DNA of 64,000 bases from Octopus vulgaris (Eukaryota): assembly GCA_951406725.2 (NCBI GenBank), contig OX597816.1, forward strand, positions 118,296,001-118,360,000. Reading direction: 5' to 3'. Positions 56,275 to 64,000 of this stretch are shown here, piece by piece. The position numbers and the translations under genes are program-made. How positions within the stretch are numbered: the first letter of the stretch is position 1; the number at the start of each line of letters is the position of its first letter. The notes beneath the pieces were generated by a model. The model ran no database searches. It was given only the letters and a program-made list of their open reading frames with translations, and was not told where the DNA came from.

Positions 56275-59199
56275 TATAACTAGTGACATCAGTTGGATAT
56301 TGGTTATTTTACAGGAATTAACAGGTCATAAAAAGTAATGGTAGAGCTATCTTTGGACAGTTCAGATATGGCGCTTATGAAGGCGCAACAAATTGAACTT
56401 TTCTGAGAAATTTTGTCATGAAATGTTTAAAGTACAGTGACTGTAAAGCTCGTTATGAATGACCTGACAAGTACAAACTGGTCAACCACAAAGGAATTTA
56501 TCTTTAAAAGGAGCACAAAAAACCAGGTGCTAATTACATGCTTCTCATCTGCAGTTATTTTTGAAAGCTTTTGTCTGGCCATGTATGTTAAAGTTGTGTG
56601 AAAGAATGCTCTGACAGGGAAGTGTAAACATAACCCAGCATGGGACTAACACTAGGGGACAGGTTAATTCTTTACTGTCTGTCGCCTGTTAGAAATGATG
56701 ACTGGTGTTTATCAATTGTTATGAGCTATTTCAAGGTATGTTAAATATACCTTAAAACATATTTTTAATATCCTTGCTATTAAAACAGCTTCTCAAGTAT
56801 ACAACCTATTCATTTAAATAGAAAATGATAAGTGATAGGACCATAGGAGTTACAATTGTAATTGTCCTCTACTGTGACTGGTGAATTTCTAAACCACAAA
56901 ATGTTAATGTCCAGATTATATATCATTGCTATTATGCAAAAGTGTCGGGAGTCTAAAACATTGCTTTTTCAGAAAACAAAAAAATAGTTTCAGCATTCTA
57001 TTTCTTTTTACATTAGCAACAGTATCAGCTTTGACAATTTTCATATCTTAGCATCTGAAGCAGGTGGGGATACAATAGTTTGACCAAAAGAACCAGCTAT
57101 TGCAAACAAAATTAAGTATTGAAAAAAGAAATGCATTTGGCCAAATTTGGACATATGACAGTTTAACATAATAGCAACGGTATATATAAAATTGTCCCTG
57201 GTTTGGAGGTGATGTTTTTTGTATGTTTGTTTTCAAGGTCCAAATTCCAACATATACATCAATACATATGATAAACCATTACAGAGATATAATGGTGTGG
57301 AACATGTGAAAGTGTACTGATTATATGATGATTATAGATTACAAAAACTACGTAGACAATTATTAAAAGGTTATTACAGTGATGTAGTAGATACAGAATA
57401 ATTGGGGTATTGGGGGACAAATGACTAACATAATATGACCACTTGAATGGTTCAGAATTCAGTTATGGTAGGACAAGATTATTAAAGGTGAAAACAGCTC
57501 AGGAAAATTGGAGAGTGAAAACACAAAAAAAGGGTGATGAGCTGCATGTATAAACAGCTAGAATAGAGGAGGGGGGGCAGAGAAATAGGGACTAGTTAAT
57601 CAAAAGAACACATAAAATACCTACTTGTGACTCTTTATCTCCCACCACAATGCACACAAATATTTACATGTACAAAATTGTTACTGTCTTAAGAAACCAA
57701 TTATTAATACACAAAGGAAATCTGAATAATTATAATCGGACGGAACATTAAAAAAAAGTCTTGTTTAAGGCAAATGTTTTTTTGTTTTTTTTAATGAAGA
57801 CTTTCATATTACGATAAAGGAGAATATAATCCTCATTAAAGATAACAAAGAAAGAAAAATTATTTTATGGCAGGTTTACAGAAAAAAAAACACTGAAAAA
57901 AATTAAAATAAAATGAATGAGATTCTATAAAGCTGCTTGATCTGATCAATGCAGCTGCCAAATTATCTTCGGTAAACTCTCTAGCATCTTTAACCCTTTC
58001 GCATTTAAACTAGTCATATCCAGCCCTAATATGCTACCATATTTGATCTAACCAACTAGATCCAGCCCATCACACCTACCCTTCAATGCCATTCTAAAGA
58101 TACACAATTCCAACATCAAAAATTATTGAATCTACAAAATAATGCGTGATTAATTAAAATCAATGTGAATGAAAAAGCGTTACATTTGACAGAATAATCA
58201 GTCAAATAAAAGGTTAATAGAACGAGATCAAGACTTAAAGACAGGTTAGAAGAGCATTGTTCATAGTAAAAAAGATAAAGTGTCTAAAACTTGAATTTCA
58301 TCAAGATGGCAAAGTTTGGTGTGCCTTAACAGAGTATAGGGAACAGACATTTGACAAGTAAAAACAAACAAAACTGACTAGGACCAACTCAATAACAATA
58401 ACTCTTATGGATTCCCGATTTAAAATTGTCTATTCCTCTCTGTAATACTTTTGTACATAAACGGTCTCTTGGGGAGCCAATAAAATAGGGGTCATAACTA
58501 TGTGATTGTTTGACTTATTAGAAATAGTAGTTACACATTCTACCAACTTAACCTTTTAACATTCAGATTGATCAGTCAAATATAATGCTTATCTATTCAC
58601 ATTGTCTTGAATTAATCATGCATTTTCTCATAGCTTCAAGATTTCAATAGAGGGATTTATTTTCCAGAGTGACATTGCAAGATAGGTGCAAACGGCTAGA
58701 TCAAGCCATTAACATAAAACAGATAGAATATTTGGGTTTGATATGGCCAATTTAAATGCTATTTAAGTTCACATTGAACAATATACCTTCTCATATACAA
58801 AAGAGAATGAGATGCTTACAGCTTGAATACCCTTTTGATTATAGGCCTAAAATCAGAACTTACACGTCATATACAATATGCCCTGCTTTCCCTACCCCAC
58901 ACATCTTTTCCCTTCTCACATCTTTCAGTTTATATCTACCCCTTCTTTTTGTAGCATTTTTAGCTTATGACCATATTCAAGCATTGCCCACTTTCCCTTC
59001 ATTTAACTAGTGTCTCTTATTCTCTTTCTCTATAAACAAAAAAAAACAATTAACTCAATACACTGTGCTAAAAGGCATTTGAAGAGATTAACAACTTCCA
59101 AATACAATGATGACACTATGGTTACATAAAGAGAAGATACTTAAGGAGATCATCAAATCATGATAGCACACATCCATCTCCCAAATAAACTGGTTGGCT

Positions 59200-59675
59200 C
59201 CCAAAATTGGGTATTAGTGGTAATGCTTGTAATGGTGAACATGGTGTGTTGGCAACGATAGTAAAAATATTGCAGTTAATGGCCATCATGGTGGTGGCAG
59301 TGACAGCCAACACAGTGCATAGAGTGGTGGTAGTAGTGGTGATGAAAGTACTGATGATTGTAGTGATGGTAGTGGTAATACTAGTGACAATGGTAATAAT
59401 GGTAAGCATGATGAGGGTAATGATCATGGTGGTGAATATGGTTATAGTAATGATTGAAGTAGTGAACATTCATGTGGTAATGATTGTGATAGTGAACAAT
59501 GGTTATGGCAATGGTCAACATAGTGAAAACAATAGTGATGGTCATGGTAATGATAGTGATAATCAATATGGTGGTAATAATAATGATGGTCAACATGGTG
59601 TTGGTAATGATGGTGAACTTAATAGAGGTGAAAATGATGACAGCACTGAAGTTCGAGGAGTGAGGGATGAGTGAC
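59200..59675 (+). repeat. Degenerate (GAT/GGT/AAT)n low-complexity tract
   Basis: Triplet-periodic decayed microsatellite; a similar tract lies at 10660-10950. Confidence 0.8.
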
Positions 59676-59894
59676 AATAGGGTTCAACCATTCTTAAATA
59701 CTGCTGGCAGATAAACTATTACTTCAGACCAAGTCTCTTTTATATTCTCATGGTTTCCAGTGCCATTTCTGAAAAGCAATGCAGATCTCATGCTTTTTAG
59801 AAAAAGTATATTAAGAGTTTCCTTTTTATTTCCCACTCACACAAACACATTTCTTGTTTCAAAATATATATTTGTAAAAGAGGCAGTATCAGTA

Positions 59895-60145
59895 AAATAA
59901 ATAAATGCACCCTTTTAAAGCCTAGCCAGGCTCATGGGCCCAGTTTCTATAGTGTATGTGTTCCCCAGTTGGACGGGATGCCAGTCCATCGCAGCATTAC
60001 CCATTTTTGCCAGCTGAGTGGACTGGAGCAACGTGAAATGAAGTGTTTTGCTCAAGAACACAACGCGGCCCCCGGTTCAGGAATCGAAACCACAATCTTA
60101 CGATCATGATGCTGACACCCTAACCACTAAGCCACGCGCCTCCAC
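59895..60145 (-). mobile_element. Full-length tRNA-derived SINE (family C, V-SINE-like) with TSD
   Basis: Head gtggaggcgcgtggcttagtggttagg...gtttcgattcc, body ctgcgatggactggcatcccgtcc, (TTTA)n tail. 14-bp TSD aggcagtatca(g/a)ta at 59881-59894 and 60146-60159. Confidence 0.88.
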
Positions 60146-63100
60146 AGGCAGTATCAATACCGAGAGATAATATTTATCCCTACTTAAATGTGGATCTTCT
60201 GTTAGAACAAATTATACTGCGGTAGTTACCATGAAAGAAACTCCCATACTGGCTTTTGGTGCAAAATATTACTTCTTGTTTCATGATTAAAAAAAAATTT
60301 TTTTTTTTTTCAATTGCTAGTCTTCCCAAAATATGCCAAATCAAAACACAAACTGCACACAAGAAATAGAGCAGCACAGTTTGGTTCTTCATCTGTCAAT
60401 TAGTTATACAGCCTTGTATTTAATTAAGAGGTTCTTTTTGCAATTATGTGGTTCCAGGTTTGTTCCCACTACCCAGTACCTCAGACACATGTTCTATCTT
60501 AGCCTTAGATCCACACAATCCTTGAGAGTATAATTGACTAAACAGAAACAACTGAATGAAAGATCATCAGACTGCACTTGTTCTCTAGTTGTAGACATAG
60601 AATTAATCTGTTGCTTGGTTTAACATGTTCCTCTGGTTTTTGAGAGCCTCAGCAAAATTCTCAATGTTGCAATGTTCAAACCAGATCTCCAAACAGAGAT
60701 AAATTTGCTGCTTCCTACTGCAGCAACTAGCGTGTCATGGTTTTTCCTGCCCCACCATGACCAATCTCCACTACCAATCTTAGAGCCCTTGAAAAGAGCC
60801 ATAACAGTGCTCTTTCTCCTCTTGCAAAAGAGGGGACATGTGTGTGTGTGTGCACGCACGCATGTATATGATTGCACAAAATGCCCCTCTTCCACAATAA
60901 TTGCACATTTCTGCTGACACATTGCGAAGTTCACTAAATTTTCAAGTGCATATTACAGAGCAGGGTGGGGGATAGAATCAATCACCAGAAGATTTGAAGA
61001 ATCTAGAAATGTCTCTCTGTAGCTAAAATAGATTCAGTAAATATCCTCTGAACCACTGTTTCCATTTCCATACTGCTTTATCCAAAGCATTTATTTGATG
61101 TATTTATACATAATCTGAAAACAAGTTAAGCTAATTAACCAATTCTATTGAATGCTATGTTTTAATATATAAAGAGGTATGAGGCAAAATGTGCAATAGA
61201 CCACTTTATAGATAAAATGTTAATTATATGCTTGTTGAAGTGATAGCTTTGAAATATTGCAAAAACTAAAGAATAAAAAGGATGCTGATAGGAAAACTTT
61301 GCATAAGTAAGTCAAGCTAAATATAAAGCAAATTTAATCTACCCAAAGAACAATGCCAAGTGAATGTGATGGGTGGGGTCCCTTAACCTAAATGGGCTGG
61401 TATGCAGTTAGTACATGCTTCTTGAAAAGAAATAGAACCTAGAGGCAATCGTGATTGCTTCCAATGCAGTTTTGCTATTCTTAACAGTTAGAGCACAGAT
61501 TTACAAATCTTTATGTATAGAGTCTGGCTGGCACCTTAACAGTAAGATAATGATCTGTCTACACACAAGCAGGTTATTCAGTGATAACTTCAATAACAAC
61601 AACACCAACAACAATCAAAGCTCTGAATTAAGAGACAAGACACAGAACAAATTTAAAACTGGCAACGTTAGCTTCTGGCACAATTTACACAGCTCAATAT
61701 TTCTTCTTCTGTCATGAGTGAAGGGGAAAATCTATAAGTTTGGGGCCCCAGGGGAAAGCAAAGTATCGACATTATGTATGTATAAATAGCATTCTTTTTT
61801 TATTTACTTTTTGTTCTTTTCTCTTTCTTGTGCTTCTTCTTCCAAGCTGACATAGCTTAGGCATGTCTCTGAGGCAACATTTGGAACAATTCCAGTGCAC
61901 ATAATATTGGCATACTATTAGAGAATAAGGTGACACAGGGTGATTGTAACATATATTATTGCAGATGAGGTTTTATGAGTGAAGATCCTTCATATTGCCA
62001 GCCTATTCAACACTTATAGGACCACTATTACATAAATGCAAAAAACATTTACACTTTATAAAATACTTTGCCTCTCTTTGATCTTAATTCCAAAATTTAG
62101 ATTAAATTTTAAGTGTTTGAATTCATAAACATAAGTCTATGTGGTGAAGGGTATTACATATTCTTCAGTAGAAGAAAATGATGCAATCTGAAATATTTAA
62201 TGCCAAAATTTGGAAATGCAATAGAATGGATTATTCATTAGATGGATGATAACATCAATTTATGGTGAGGACCGAGGACTGCTTGTTTGTACTGTGGAAC
62301 ACAGGAAAATGAAAGAGAGAGAGAGACAATAGGAGAAAGAGAAAAAAGAGAGCAAGTGAAGAAAAAGGAGAGAAAAGTGGGGGAAAGAGAGAGAAATTAA
62401 GGGAAAGTGAAAAACAAAAGGAAGAGAGACAAAGAGAAAGATAGGAAAAAAAATAGAGTTGAGGATTACAAAAGGACTCAACTGTGATATCAGTCTAGGA
62501 CATTTGTTGTTTTTGTTATTCTTATTTAATACCACATCAGTAGACCTATGACAAAATGTATTAGTCTTCCCCTACATTATCTACTACATGATTCTGAAAG
62601 TGTATTTAGGTCTGTATTACTCTCTCTGTTTTCAATAGCATGGAGTGATTTGAATACAATGTGACTGTTCTTTCTAACCATGAACAGTTTCCTCTTTCGC
62701 TCATTACAACTTCTTTTGTAACAATTTTAACAACTTTATTATGTGAAGGGCTAAGAAGGGTGTAACATATTCAATCCCTTTTAATACCACCCTACCTGAC
62801 ACTGCTCCTGGTTCTAGGACATAAATTCCCTGCTTCAAAGTAATTTAAATTAAAACCTCCCATCAGAATTTTAGGTTAATTTTGGTTCCACAAACCAGCT
62901 TAACCCATTTGATACCAACCTGTCTCAGACTGTCCTTAAGTCCATGACAGAAATTTCCTGTTTAAAGTCATCTAAATTACAATTTTCCATCAAAATTTCA
63001 TGTTAATTTATGATAATGACAAATTCTTCATTATTTTCAAACTTATTTAAAACAGGAGCAGTAGATTTCAATAGGAATATAACAAAAAGTGTTAATAACA

Positions 63101-63779
63101 AAACGATTAATATCAAAATAGCAGTGGATGACAGGAAGACATTTGTGACAATTTTGAGGGCCTGAAGATAGATATTTGCAAGTCATACTGTACTGTCAAG
63201 TAAAAATTGTAAGCATCCTGCTAAGCTGTACCGCAATAATGAATGCAGGAAGCAAATGGTTTAGCTATCACACTGACGTAGCTAATAACCAGTTTTTTTA
63301 ATATATTTTAAACTCAATTCAGCCTTGATCAAACAGACTTCTAAGGTGTTCAAACCATGGATACAGTGTTGCTTATTTATTTATTTTTTCCTAACACATC
63401 ATGATCATCTAAGACTACTTTGTTTAAGGTGTTCTACCTTCTTTAAAGATGACAGGATTGGTTTGGTTTAAAGAGGGGTGCTGCCATTATGTACATTTGC
63501 TTGGCCAGCCTCATGGAGATTCCCTCTATGGTTCACACACAGACATATACTATGTATACATACATTCGTGTGTGTCTATGTGTGTGTACACACACACACA
63601 CGTATATATAAATATATATATACACACACACGCATATATACATACACTCCCTACTCATGCACCCTTAGTAATCTTTTACCATTCCATTTATATTCACATT
63701 CTTGCACCTTGAGAGTGTGTCCTGGCACATCACTATCTCTCACACACTCTCCTGCTCATTCTTACTCTCCCTTTCTCTC

Positions 63780-64000
63780 TGTCACCCTCTGATTGGGGTA
63801 ACCATGTATCACTTCTACAACAAAACACCCGTTTCTGTCCCTCTATCAGACTTTAAGCTCTCATCACCAGGCACAAAGTCACCTCACTTAATAACACAAC
63901 CCATCTATCCCAGTTGAGGGATCTTTGTTATGCAAGTTACTTGGTGATCTCACTGGTGCTGGTATCACAAAAAAGACACCCAACCCACTCTGTAAAGTGG
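63780..64000 (+). mobile_element. RTE-related 3'-UTR fragment, cut by the window end
   Basis: gcaagttacttggtgatctcactggtgctggtatcac...cacactctgtaaagtgg leads into the RTE tail motif; similar to 12450-12795 and 36170-36500. Confidence 0.55.

Noticed and set aside
59158-59677. 155-aa V/M/N/G/D-rich ORF and antisense T/I-rich ORFs
   Set aside because: Decayed trinucleotide repeat with no splice or homology evidence.

Overview
Eukaryotic, AT-rich, repeat-saturated DNA with abundant (TA)n, (CA)n, (AAT)n and (GAT)n tracts. The SINE and LINE repertoire is what I associate with octopus (coleoid cephalopod) genomes; this is inferred, not searched. The window looks mostly intronic, and almost all ORF-track entries are microsatellite artefacts. 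The only long real ORF is a young, 5'-truncated RTE-clade LINE (minus strand, ~32151-35087) whose uninterrupted RT carries a C4HC3 PHD-like finger. Also present: decayed BovB-type RTE, CR1-like (CCCH-finger ORF1) and R4/Dong-type LINEs; a DD37D (maT) transposase pseudogene; a hAT MITE with a perfect 8-bp TSD; nested piggyBac-type TTAA MITEs; two Helitron ends; a Helentron/HINE-like element; and several SINE families in head-to-tail arrays. A few minus-strand splice-flanked segments may be host exons (best: 53726-53785). Most notable: a ~596-bp-period tandem repeat carrying minimal hammerhead-ribozyme cores (Penelope/retrozyme-like, ~20370-21355), next to a perfect 90-bp inverted repeat, within a region rich in fold-back (dsRNA-forming) structures. 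Coordinates were read by eye; ends of degenerate repeats are approximate.
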